A DNA stretch of 64,000 bases from Bacteroidia bacterium. Lineage in GTDB: Bacteria > Bacteroidota > Bacteroidia > M30B66. The notes under the pieces are model-generated. The model was not told the origin of the DNA. It did no database searches and saw only the letters and a program-made list of their open reading frames with translations. The stretch is from assembly GCA_965279035.1 (NCBI GenBank), contig OZ257142.1, positions 4,096,001-4,160,000 of the forward strand, written 5' to 3'. A program made the translations under genes and the position numbers. This document shows positions 20,026-30,003 of this stretch, one piece after another; positions within the stretch are counted from its first letter, which is position 1, and every line of letters begins with the position of its first letter.

Positions 20026-21478
20026 GTACCTTTTCTTTTAACCAACGATGGTAGTGTATTACCTCATCTTCAGTTGTACTTTCCTGCAATTGCTTGAGTA
20101 AAGTATCCGCCTTCATCAGTATCGCTTTATTTTTCAATCCTCCAATTTCATCTGCCGCACGATCCATCAATTGAATCAAATCCTTCTCTCGTTGAACAGA
20201 AGGTCGCTTAAATTCTTCGCGATATTCTCTTAACACTTGCTCGTATCGGTATTTCCAAAAGTCGAGATCACCAATTTCATATCGAATAATTAATTCAGCA
20301 ATGGCAATCTTTAATCGTAAGGAACTGTCTGCCTTTTTATAGCTGTCGATATGATATAACTTATTGAGGTTCTTGATTGCTAGATTGTAATTCTTCAAAT
20401 CAAAATAGCTTGTTGCCAAATTCAAATAGATGAACAATTCGTAAAAAGGCATCTTGCTCAAATTCGGTCGCTTTTGCATCTCTAGTAATAATTCAATTGC
20501 CTTTGGTACGTCAGAAGTACTGTAATTATTTACCAAAGCATTGTAATAGAAGATCTCGTATTTATCAAAAAGTAGCTGATTGAATTCCTCCATCGCTAAA
20601 CGCAATCGTTCTGCATAGCTCAGTGAATCTTGAATTTTCCCATTTTTAAATAAGGTATTAGCTATATAAGTAAGCAATTGAAGCTTCGTATCATGCGTGT
20701 TTTTATTGAAAATCTGATTATCAGAAAACTCCTTCCAAGTTTGAAGAAGATATTCTTCTAAGCGTTGATAGTCTTTGCGTTGAAGTAATTGTTGACTTAC
20801 TAAACTGTAAAGTTTAATTCGAAATCGGGAAGAGCTTAAAATTGATTGTTCTCCAACAAATTGCTCTGTAACCGATTCAAGCATTTGTTTCAAGGTATTT
20901 TCCTGCTCTCCGAAATTCTGAGATACTTTAAGTCGATAAGAAACCACCGCCAATACATCATCCATTTGACGCAAGCGAGCTAATGCTAAATTATTTTCTT
21001 TTCGTCGTGCTATGTATATCTCAGGATTGATAACTAATAAGGCATGAGAGAGTTGAATAAATTCTCCATAAATAATATCCAACAATTCATGATTTTCAAT
21101 TTTCTGAGCCTTTTGCTCTGTTTTCTTTAGATAATTAAATGCAACCTGATGTTGATTCTTACTAGAAAAAATGCGTACAATAGCCAAATGATGCAGGATC
21201 AATAAGATCTCTTCATCGGCATAATGCTGTATAACCAATGACTTGTTCAAATCCTCCAATAAACGATTCTTCAGTCGGTAGTAGGCATTTTTATCCCCAT
21301 TACCATATAGCTTCTGAACAATCTTCGCCTCACCTTTGATATCGGAATTTTTTCGAATGTGATCTAACAAAGCAATGTCCTTGCGATCAATCCCAGCATC
21401 CTGACGGTGTGCAAATATTTTAAAGAAACGAATCTCTTCTTTACTAAGACCTTCAACGATTTGAAATAATATATCCAT
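20015..21478 (-). CDS. Hypothetical all-helical (TPR-like) protein
   Basis: 487-aa ORF with helical amphipathic repeats; overlaps the desulfurase start by 11 nt. Confidence 0.65.
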   Translation of the reverse strand: MDILFQIVEGLSKEEIRFFKIFAHRQDAGIDRKDIALLDHIRKNSDIKGEAKIVQKLYGNGDKNAYYRLKNRLLEDLNKSLVIQHYADEEILLILHHLAIVRIFSSKNQHQVAFNYLKKTEQKAQKIENHELLDIIYGEFIQLSHALLVINPEIYIARRKENNLALARLRQMDDVLAVVSYRLKVSQNFGEQENTLKQMLESVTEQFVGEQSILSSSRFRIKLYSLVSQQLLQRKDYQRLEEYLLQTWKEFSDNQIFNKNTHDTKLQLLTYIANTLFKNGKIQDSLSYAERLRLAMEEFNQLLFDKYEIFYYNALVNNYSTSDVPKAIELLLEMQKRPNLSKMPFYELFIYLNLATSYFDLKNYNLAIKNLNKLYHIDSYKKADSSLRLKIAIAELIIRYEIGDLDFWKYRYEQVLREYREEFKRPSVQREKDLIQLMDRAADEIGGLKNKAILMKADTLLKQLQESTTEDEVIHYHRWLKEKVHGN

Positions 21479-21568
21479 AGAAATTTACAATCTGGACAGG
21501 TAAGAATAATGCAAGTTTAACCATTATTCTCTTATAGATTAAAGTACATTTGAATATATAAACTGGTC

Positions 21569-22303
21569 ATGCGCATGTTGCTTCCTCATCCAGAAAAAAA
21601 TTCGGTTTTTAAAAGATTCAGTTTCAACATCAAACTGAGTTTTTTCTTGCTGTATAGCTTAACGTTCCTGAATCTTGGATTTTCTCAATCAGTAAGTATT
21701 GGAAATTTCTTCATGCCTGATACGGTGAATCAAAATTCAATTTCGGATGTAAACTTCAACATTCGAAATTCAAGCGATTCCATCAGCATTCTTGGAAACA
21801 TGAAGCTGAATTTTCTCAATGAAACAACCGGAACTATTGCCCCTCTCGGAGGATTCTCTGCCATACAGTTTTTTGCACCACAACAAGAAAGATCTTTCAA
21901 CATAGTAATTGATATCACTCCTCAATATTTTCTTGAAGGAGGAAATACTGTTGTTATCTGGCCTTCATTTGTAGGACAACCAATTCAGGCAGAAGATTCA
22001 ATCCGTTTTAACGTCTATGTAAATACTATCAATGGTGTTGAGAATGGAAAAAATCAATTGGCTTCTGCGTATTTGATTCCGAATCCAATGAAGGATGAAC
22101 TTTCAATCCAAACAATTGGTCAAGCTAAAATGCCCGAAAGTATTGTTGTTCGTGAGTTGAGCGGAAGGACTATACTGAATCAACAACTCAATAATTCAGG
22201 TAAAGTAGATTTTAAACTTGTACCTGCCGGGATTTATATTTTGGAAATGAAACTTTCCGACGGAAATATAATCACACAACGAATTGTGCGTATTGCAGAT
22301 TAA
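21569..22303 (+). CDS. Small T9SS-secreted protein
   Basis: IPNPMKDEL...GIYIL..QRIV sorting domain; hydrophobic N-terminus; start uncertain. Confidence 0.7.
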   Translation: MRMLLPHPEKNSVFKRFSFNIKLSFFLLYSLTFLNLGFSQSVSIGNFFMPDTVNQNSISDVNFNIRNSSDSISILGNMKLNFLNETTGTIAPLGGFSAIQFFAPQQERSFNIVIDITPQYFLEGGNTVVIWPSFVGQPIQAEDSIRFNVYVNTINGVENGKNQLASAYLIPNPMKDELSIQTIGQAKMPESIVVRELSGRTILNQQLNNSGKVDFKLVPAGIYILEMKLSDGNIITQRIVRIAD

Positions 22304-22376
22304 TCAAGAACATTTCCTGAATTTCCTTGTTGAGGTCGAAGTATAGTTCGAGTACTTTTGCCAAAAAACTAGGAAG

Positions 22377-24320
22377 ATGAATACGGTTTCCGAAACCTCT
22401 TTGTATTGCAATAGCCTAACTGAATATAAGCGTTTCAAAACACGTGTTGTCATGATTGGCGATCTTGCCCTTGGGGGCGATAATCCCATTCGCTTGCAAT
22501 CGATGACCACAACCGATACGCTCGATACAGCAGCAACTGTTGCTCAAAGTATTCGAATGATTGAAGCCGGATGTGAACTCGTGCGCATCACAGCTCCTAG
22601 TATAAAAGAAGCTCAAAACCTTGAAAATATTCGTCGTGAACTTCGTGCTAAAGGATACACCACTCCACTCGTTGCCGATATTCATTTCACACCGAACGCT
22701 GCTGAATTGGCCGCACGAATTGTAGAAAAAGTTCGGGTGAATCCTGGTAACTATGCCGATAAGAAAAAGTTTGAGCATATTGACTACACAGATATCTCCT
22801 ACGAAGCTGAACTCGATCGTATCAGAGAACGCTTTACTCCACTCGTTAAAATCTGCAAAGAATACGGAACAGCAATGCGAATAGGGACCAATCACGGTTC
22901 TCTTTCCGATCGTATTATGAGCCGATATGGTGATAGTCCACTCGGAATGGTAGAATCGGCGATGGAATTTATACAGATTGCCGAAGAGAATAATTATTAC
23001 AATCTGGTGCTTTCCATGAAATCGTCCAATACACAGGTAATGGTTCAAGCCTACCGTTTATTGGTTCAACAGATGAAGGAAAAAGGAATGAATTATCCCT
23101 TGCATTTGGGTGTGACCGAAGCCGGTGAAGGGGAAGATGGACGCATCAAATCGGCAGTTGGAATTGGGACTTTGCTCGAAGATGGATTAGGTGATACGAT
23201 TCGTGTTTCCCTAACCGAAGAACCTGAATTTGAAATCCCAGTTGCGCGCGCACTTGCAAATCGATATACGAACAGAAAAAGCAATCCTACAATTCCAGCA
23301 ATCGACAATTATCCCATTGATCCATTTAATTATTCTCGAAAAATAAGTATCGAAAATGAAAATATCGGAGGTGAAAACGTACCCCGAGTGATCATGGATT
23401 TTAGTAAAATCACTTTAGAGAATCCAGCTGTTTTATTTCGTGCAGGTTATGCTTATTCGGTTCTACTCGATAAATGGAATTTGAGTGATCTCGCTTGCGA
23501 TTATATCTATACCGGAAATCAAATCCCATCGTTTGAAGTTCCTGGAACACTTGGTATTATAAGCGATGAAGATGTTTGGGAAACAGGACGCTTCAATCAT
23601 TTTCCGCTTCTCAATGCAGCCTCATTTATAAAAAACTCTCTACCTGTTTCTCAAAAGAAATTCGTTAAAGCATGCTTGAATGACTTAACACCAGATTTCA
23701 TTGAAAAACTTAGGAATGAGCCTTCTGCTGTTTTAATTGCTTCGACAACCAATGCGCATGCAATGCCCGAATTGCGTAGAATTATGGTTGAATTGATTCA
23801 GCAGAATATCAAAACTCCCGTTATTTTTCAACGAAGCTATCCGCAAAGCGAGATTTCAGATTTTCAAATCAATGCTGCAAGCGATTTAGGAGGATTACTC
23901 ATTGATGGTTTAGGTGATGGAATTTGGCTAAGTGCCGAGCATGACCAACCTAGTTTGCGTGAAGTTAATCAAACAGCATTTGGAATTCTACAGGCTGCTC
24001 GTGTTCGAATTTCCCGCACCGAATATATCTCTTGCCCATCCTGCGGTAGAACGCTATTCGATCTTCAAGAAACAACTGCTAAAATCCGTAAAAGAACCGA
24101 CCACCTCAAAGGTTTAAAGATTGGAATTATGGGTTGTATCGTAAACGGACCGGGTGAAATGGCCGATGCCGACTTTGGTTATGTAGGAACTGGCATTGGT
24201 AAGATTACACTCTATAAAGGAAAAGATGTGGTCAAACGAAATGTTCCAGCTGAACATGCCGTTGATGAGCTCATTCAACTCATTAAGGATCATGGTAAAT
24301 GGGTTGATTCTCAGGCATAA
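22377..24320 (+). CDS. ispG: 4-hydroxy-3-methylbut-2-en-1-yl diphosphate synthase (long form)
   Basis: QSMTTTDT, PLVADIHF, RVNPGN, SCPSCGR, GCIVNGPGE. Confidence 0.97.
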   Translation: MNTVSETSLYCNSLTEYKRFKTRVVMIGDLALGGDNPIRLQSMTTTDTLDTAATVAQSIRMIEAGCELVRITAPSIKEAQNLENIRRELRAKGYTTPLVADIHFTPNAAELAARIVEKVRVNPGNYADKKKFEHIDYTDISYEAELDRIRERFTPLVKICKEYGTAMRIGTNHGSLSDRIMSRYGDSPLGMVESAMEFIQIAEENNYYNLVLSMKSSNTQVMVQAYRLLVQQMKEKGMNYPLHLGVTEAGEGEDGRIKSAVGIGTLLEDGLGDTIRVSLTEEPEFEIPVARALANRYTNRKSNPTIPAIDNYPIDPFNYSRKISIENENIGGENVPRVIMDFSKITLENPAVLFRAGYAYSVLLDKWNLSDLACDYIYTGNQIPSFEVPGTLGIISDEDVWETGRFNHFPLLNAASFIKNSLPVSQKKFVKACLNDLTPDFIEKLRNEPSAVLIASTTNAHAMPELRRIMVELIQQNIKTPVIFQRSYPQSEISDFQINAASDLGGLLIDGLGDGIWLSAEHDQPSLREVNQTAFGILQAARVRISRTEYISCPSCGRTLFDLQETTAKIRKRTDHLKGLKIGIMGCIVNGPGEMADADFGYVGTGIGKITLYKGKDVVKRNVPAEHAVDELIQLIKDHGKWVDSQA

Positions 24321-24592
24321 GTATTAACTCCCACCACATTGAAAGGATATCATAGCTGCTGTAGTTTTTAAGAACGAAAGAGAATATTTCGTTGAATCTT
24401 ACAAGGAGATTTGCTCTACCACAATCTTCTAACTACATGAATAACAGCAATTTGAATATATCTATTTTGTCAAATTTCTAAAATTACATTTTTTTCTTGC
24501 AACAGTAAGTAGGCCGCCTCTTAGCCGACTATAGCCTGCAACATCCACCCTATTAAAGTAGTAAGACTTTAGAGTAATTATTCTGAATTCTT

Positions 24593-27500
24593 ATGAAACG
24601 AGACGGATATTTTTTGAGATTGAAAACCCTGCAGTTTATACTGCCAGTGTTGATGAGTGTGTTGACAGTCTCTTTGAACGCCACCAGTTATGTGTGGAAT
24701 GGTTCCGTTGATACGCAATGGGGCGAACCAAATAATTGGACACCTGCTGGTATTCCTGATATTGGTGATGATGTTACAATCAGCAACCAAACACACAATC
24801 CTGTATTCGAAGAAATTTCCGGATTGAACAATTTTACAATGACTTCCGGCACGCTTGATTTATCGGCGTTCACGTTGGTTCTTTATGGAACAGCTGCATT
24901 TAATGGTGGTAGCATATCGAATGGTAACATTGCTTTTGTAGCAGGATCGGTCTCAACATTTTCAGGAACATCGCTTAGTTGTGGAATTACTGGAACAATG
25001 GACAATGTGTATTTTAATGGTGGAACATTTAATAATGCAGTTTCTATCACCCGAACAAGCGCAACTGATAACACAAGTAATGGTGGAAATACGTTCAACT
25101 CCACGTTCAGTTTAAGTAATACTGGATCTGGAAACGTAATCCTATCGAACGTTTCAGCTGATACCTATACTTCTTCAACAACATTCAGTACAAGCAGCAC
25201 GGGACTTATTCAAGTTGCCTACACTGCAACAGGAAATGCATTTCAAGGTGGCTTGAATTTCAATTCTACAGGTACAAGTTTAGGAATACGATTAGGGCAA
25301 AATGGAGGAACGTCAACATTGAGTAGTGGTCAAGTGCTTGGAATTGGAGGAAGCGGCTTCTCTGTAGGAGACCTTCGCATTAAAGGATTAACACAATCCG
25401 GATCTACGGCTCAATCATTAACACTAACAGGAACGGCGGCTTTATATCTAGAATCTGGATGTACATTCAATGGAGCAGTCACCTTTGTATCACCTCAAGT
25501 GTATTTAAATGGATCAACATACCAAGCAGCTACTTCCATTACCAAAACAGGTTCAGGAAATAATCAAAGTTTAGGTGGGAATACGTTTAATGCTGCCACT
25601 TCAATCATAGAAACTGGAAGCGGAGATTATATATTAGGTGTTTCAAATCCAGATAGCTTCAATTCGACCGCAACATTCAGCAATAGCGGAAGCGGAACTT
25701 TATATGTAGCACATGTTGCTTCAGGAACTACTCTTACCGACAATGTTCAAGTAAATTCAACAGGCTCAAGTAAAGGTGTTCGTTTTGGACAATCAGGAGG
25801 AACAACAACACTTTCATCAGGAAAAACAATCACAATTGGTGGTTCAGGATTTTCTGCTGGAAGCTTACGACTTAGAGGATTTACTCAAACTGGATCAACC
25901 GCTCAAAGCTTTTCTGTTACTAGTGGAACTGCAGCGCTCTATCTCGAAACCGGTACTACATTCAATGGTGCTGTTACGTTTGAATTCCCTCAACTTTTCC
26001 TAAGTGGAACAACCTTCGCAAGTACAGCCAGTTTAACAAAAGGTGGTGCTACCGATAATACAGGGAATGGTGGAAACACATTTTCATCAACTACAACAAT
26101 TGTCAATAGTGGCTCTGGTCGACTTAACCTCGGAGGAACCAATCCTGATGTCTTTTCTGGAAATGTAACGTTTAGTAGTACCGGTAGCTCTCTGATTCAA
26201 ATTGCACATGCTGCTGCTTCAACTGTATTCAATGGAAACATCATCGTCAACTCAACAGGTTCAAGTTTGGGTGTGAAATTCGGTCAAAGTGGAGGAACTT
26301 CTTCGCTCGCCAATACTAAAACAATCACGATTGGTGGTTCTGGGTTTTCTGCCGGTGATTTAGCAATTCGTGGATTAACACAAACGGGTAGTACGGCTCA
26401 AAGTATGACGACTTTTAGCGGAACTTGCAGCCTGATATTAGAAACAGGGACTGTTTTTAATGGAAACGCTACTTTCACAAGTCCACGTTTATTTCTAAAT
26501 GGTTGCACATTCAATGGAACGGCTTTCCTAACAAAAAATGGAAGTTCTTCGGATGCAAGTAATGGTGGAAATACCTTCGCATCAACAGCAACACTTGTCA
26601 ATACGAGCGATGGTGAAATGCTTTTAGGAAATACAGATCCGGATATATTCAACGGAAATCTAACTATCGAGAACTCTGGTTCAGATGTGATAAATCTTGC
26701 TTACGGTTCTACTGGAAACGAATTTCATGGAAACATCGAATTGAATAGTATAGGTTCTGCATCAGGAATTCGTTTTGGACAAAATGCAGGAACCTCAACT
26801 CTTTCGAGCAGTAAAACAATCAGTATTGGTGGTTCAGGATTTACTTCAGGTGATTTACGTTTGGCTTATTTTACTCAATCAGGTTCAACTTCTCAATCCT
26901 TAACAAGCTTTGGTAGCGGCGTTGAATTGTATCTTTCTGAAGGAACTACATTTAACGGAAACTCAACCTTTACCTGCGATAACATCTACCTCGATGGAAC
27001 AACATTCAACAGTAATGCAACCATCACTAAAACAGGTAACGGCTTTAACCTTTCTAATGGTGGAAACACATTTAATGGAACAACAAGTATCTCCAATTCA
27101 GGAACCGGTTCATTCATCCTAGCTGGCTCATCGTCCGATACGTTCAATGAAAATGTAACATTCCTTCAAACAACTGCCTTCACTCTCTTTCCAGCGTATA
27201 ACGTAACCTCATACTTCAAGAAAAATATCTCCACCCTTAGCTCCAATACAGCGATTGTTTTTGCTAGCAATGGTGGAAGAGTTACTCTCAATGGAACCGG
27301 CGCTCAATCGATTGACGGTGATGTTGCTAAGTTGCCAGAGTTCTTTAATCTAACAATCAATAAAAGCTCGAATAACGTTACGCTCAATGTTCCCATTTTA
27401 GTGACCAATAACTTGACGTTAACTTCCGGCAATATTGTGAGTAGTTCAACAAATCTGATCACTCTAGCAGATAATTCTAGCGTTTCTGGCGTTTCAAATA

Positions 27501-28504
27501 GCAGTTATGTTGCTGGACCTGTCCGTAAATTAGGGAATGATGCATTCACCTTTCCTATAGGAAAAAGTGGATATTATCGTCAAATTGGAATTTCTGCTCC
27601 AGCAAGCACTGGTGATCACTTTACAGCAGAATTTCACATGGCCGATTCGGATGGAAGTTATTCGCATGCATCCAAAGACCCAAGCATCGACCATCTAAGC
27701 CATTGCGAATATTGGATTTTGAATCGTACTGGCGGATCTTCTAGTGTTTCTGTAGTGATGAGTTGGAATGCACCAAGCTGCGGCGTAACGTCTTTAGGTG
27801 ATTTACTAGTTGCTCGTTGGAATGGAACCATGTGGAAAGATCATGGAAACGGCGGAACAACAGGAAATACAAGTGCTGGAACAATCACTTCCAGTGGATC
27901 GATTTCTAGTTTTAGCCCATTCACCTTGAGTTCTAGTTCAAGCCAAAATCCTCTTCCTGTGAATTTGGTTCACTTTGGAGCCAATCCAATTAACGGTGAT
28001 GTTGTGCTCGATTGGACAACCGTTTCCGAAAGCAACAGTGATTATTTTAGTGTTGAATCCTGTAATGATGCTGTTAATTTTAAAGAAGTTGCTCGTTTAT
28101 CGGCAGCTGGAAACAGCAATACCACATTGAACTACCGTAGCTTAGATACATCTCCTCATTCGGGAGTTTCTTACTATCGTCTTCGTCAAGTCGATTTCGA
28201 TGGAAAATTCATGTATTCGAACATCGAAGTTGTTAATATGCCAACCCTTTGGGATTCGGAAGTTGTATTGAGCCCAAATCCAGTTATTTCAACGGTTGAT
28301 ATTCATTTAGATCCAGATAATTATTCCAATCCAATCATTGAATTGCGCGACCTTCAAGGTAGAATATTGCTAGTGAAAGATGGATTAAAGGTTGATGCTC
28401 AAAAGCCAATCCGAATTGATTTATCCGATTTCCCTCATGGATTGTATTTCCTTCAGGTGAGCGAAAATGGAAAATCAATCAGCAAACGTATCATCAAGGA
28501 TTGA
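24593..28504 (+). CDS. Large Gly/Ser/Thr-rich T9SS-secreted protein with ~165-aa repeats
   Basis: GGNTF recurs every ~495 nt; PLPVNL..F, YYRLRQVDFDG and SPNP C-terminal domains. Confidence 0.8.
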   Translation: MKRDGYFLRLKTLQFILPVLMSVLTVSLNATSYVWNGSVDTQWGEPNNWTPAGIPDIGDDVTISNQTHNPVFEEISGLNNFTMTSGTLDLSAFTLVLYGTAAFNGGSISNGNIAFVAGSVSTFSGTSLSCGITGTMDNVYFNGGTFNNAVSITRTSATDNTSNGGNTFNSTFSLSNTGSGNVILSNVSADTYTSSTTFSTSSTGLIQVAYTATGNAFQGGLNFNSTGTSLGIRLGQNGGTSTLSSGQVLGIGGSGFSVGDLRIKGLTQSGSTAQSLTLTGTAALYLESGCTFNGAVTFVSPQVYLNGSTYQAATSITKTGSGNNQSLGGNTFNAATSIIETGSGDYILGVSNPDSFNSTATFSNSGSGTLYVAHVASGTTLTDNVQVNSTGSSKGVRFGQSGGTTTLSSGKTITIGGSGFSAGSLRLRGFTQTGSTAQSFSVTSGTAALYLETGTTFNGAVTFEFPQLFLSGTTFASTASLTKGGATDNTGNGGNTFSSTTTIVNSGSGRLNLGGTNPDVFSGNVTFSSTGSSLIQIAHAAASTVFNGNIIVNSTGSSLGVKFGQSGGTSSLANTKTITIGGSGFSAGDLAIRGLTQTGSTAQSMTTFSGTCSLILETGTVFNGNATFTSPRLFLNGCTFNGTAFLTKNGSSSDASNGGNTFASTATLVNTSDGEMLLGNTDPDIFNGNLTIENSGSDVINLAYGSTGNEFHGNIELNSIGSASGIRFGQNAGTSTLSSSKTISIGGSGFTSGDLRLAYFTQSGSTSQSLTSFGSGVELYLSEGTTFNGNSTFTCDNIYLDGTTFNSNATITKTGNGFNLSNGGNTFNGTTSISNSGTGSFILAGSSSDTFNENVTFLQTTAFTLFPAYNVTSYFKKNISTLSSNTAIVFASNGGRVTLNGTGAQSIDGDVAKLPEFFNLTINKSSNNVTLNVPILVTNNLTLTSGNIVSSSTNLITLADNSSVSGVSNSSYVAGPVRKLGNDAFTFPIGKSGYYRQIGISAPASTGDHFTAEFHMADSDGSYSHASKDPSIDHLSHCEYWILNRTGGSSSVSVVMSWNAPSCGVTSLGDLLVARWNGTMWKDHGNGGTTGNTSAGTITSSGSISSFSPFTLSSSSSQNPLPVNLVHFGANPINGDVVLDWTTVSESNSDYFSVESCNDAVNFKEVARLSAAGNSNTTLNYRSLDTSPHSGVSYYRLRQVDFDGKFMYSNIEVVNMPTLWDSEVVLSPNPVISTVDIHLDPDNYSNPIIELRDLQGRILLVKDGLKVDAQKPIRIDLSDFPHGLYFLQVSENGKSISKRIIKD

Positions 28505-28512
28505 AAAATTCG

Positions 28513-28544
28513 AAAAAAAAGGGAGAACAAATCTCCCTTTTTTT
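28513..28544. terminator. Bidirectional intrinsic terminator
   Basis: A8-GGGAGA-ACAAA-TCTCCC-T7 between convergent genes. Confidence 0.85.
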
Positions 28545-28548
28545 ATAC

Positions 28549-29955
28549 TTAAATGTGAATCGCTCGGTTTCCAGTTGCCGCTAATGCAGCCTCTCGAATT
28601 GCTTCAGTAAATGTTGGGTGTGCGTGACTAATACGAGCTATGTCTTCGGCCGAAGCACGGAACTCCATGGCAACAACTGCTTCGGCAATCATATCCGCTG
28701 CGCGTGGACCAATGATATGAACTCCTAAAATTTCATCCGTATTGGCATCGGCTAGCATTTTTACTAATCCATCGGTATCCATACTGGCACGTGCTCTTCC
28801 AGATGCTTTAAAAGGAAAAGTACCCACTTTGTAGGCACGTTTATCGGCTTTCAATTGCTCTTCTGTATAACCAACACTGGCAACTTCTGGCCAAGTATAA
28901 ACCACATTGGGAATCAACAAATGATTGATATGTGGCTTTTGTCCGGCAATCCATTCAGCTACAAATGTTCCTTCTTCTTCTGCCTTGTGAGCCAACATCG
29001 CTCCGCGAACCACATCTCCAATCGCATAAATATTCGATACCGAAGTTTGGCACTGTTCATTCACAGGAATTCGTCCTTTTTCATCTAAGGTCAATCCTGC
29101 ATTTTCTAATCCTAAAGAATCAGTATATGGTCTTCTGCCAGTTGAAACTAAAACATAATCACCTTTGAGTTCGAGCTTAGCTCCATCTTTCAAGGCTTCG
29201 GCAGTTACAACAACCGATTTCCCTTTTGTTTCTGCAGAAGTAACTTTATGCTGCAAGTAAAACTTAAATCCAAGTTTGCTCAATACTTTTTGAAGCTCTT
29301 TACGCATCGTGCCATCAAATGCACCACAAATAGAATCGGTATATTCTACCACAGAAACCTCAGCACCTAAACGAGCATACACCGAACCCATCTCCATTCC
29401 GATAACTCCACCACCAATGATAATTAAATGCTTCGGAATCTCTTTTAAATTAAGCGCTTCGGTAGAAGTAATGATGCGTTTTTTATCAATCGTAACTCCC
29501 GGAACAGAAGATGGTTTTGAACCTGTAGCTAGGATGATATTTTTTACTTGAATGTCAGTATGAGTTTTATCCTCTTTTTCAATTCGGACTGTTGTAGAAT
29601 TCACTAAAGATCCATGTCCATTCAGCACCGTTATCTTATTTTTCTTCATCAGAAAGTCAATCCCAGCAACGGTTTGTGCAACGACTTCGTTTTTCCGTTT
29701 CACCATCTGCCCCAAATCTGCTTTCAAATTAGAAAGCTGAATTCCGTGTTCGGCGAAAGTATGACCAGCATTGTAAAAATGCTCTGAGGAATCGAGCATG
29801 GCTTTAGAAGGAATGCATCCAACATTTAAGCAAGTACCACCAAGGGTTGAATACCATTCGATCAAAGCGGTTTTCATTCCAAGTTGAGCACAACGAATAG
29901 CAGCAACGTAACCTCCGGGACCGGAGCCAATTATAGCAACATCAAATGAATCCAT
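28549..29955 (-). CDS. lpdA: Dihydrolipoyl dehydrogenase
   Basis: GSGPGG, GGTCLNVGCIPSK, HAHPTFTE; ATG 29955. Confidence 0.96.
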   Translation of the reverse strand: MDSFDVAIIGSGPGGYVAAIRCAQLGMKTALIEWYSTLGGTCLNVGCIPSKAMLDSSEHFYNAGHTFAEHGIQLSNLKADLGQMVKRKNEVVAQTVAGIDFLMKKNKITVLNGHGSLVNSTTVRIEKEDKTHTDIQVKNIILATGSKPSSVPGVTIDKKRIITSTEALNLKEIPKHLIIIGGGVIGMEMGSVYARLGAEVSVVEYTDSICGAFDGTMRKELQKVLSKLGFKFYLQHKVTSAETKGKSVVVTAEALKDGAKLELKGDYVLVSTGRRPYTDSLGLENAGLTLDEKGRIPVNEQCQTSVSNIYAIGDVVRGAMLAHKAEEEGTFVAEWIAGQKPHINHLLIPNVVYTWPEVASVGYTEEQLKADKRAYKVGTFPFKASGRARASMDTDGLVKMLADANTDEILGVHIIGPRAADMIAEAVVAMEFRASAEDIARISHAHPTFTEAIREAALAATGNRAIHI

Positions 29956-30003
29956 GGAAATATCAGGGTATTGGGCCGACAAAAGTACGAAAGCAGAATA
30001 CAA

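Noticed and set aside
22377-24320. Unusually long IspG; likewise the MurF-Alr fusion at 49821-52292
   Set aside because: Both are known, normal Bacteroidota architectures.
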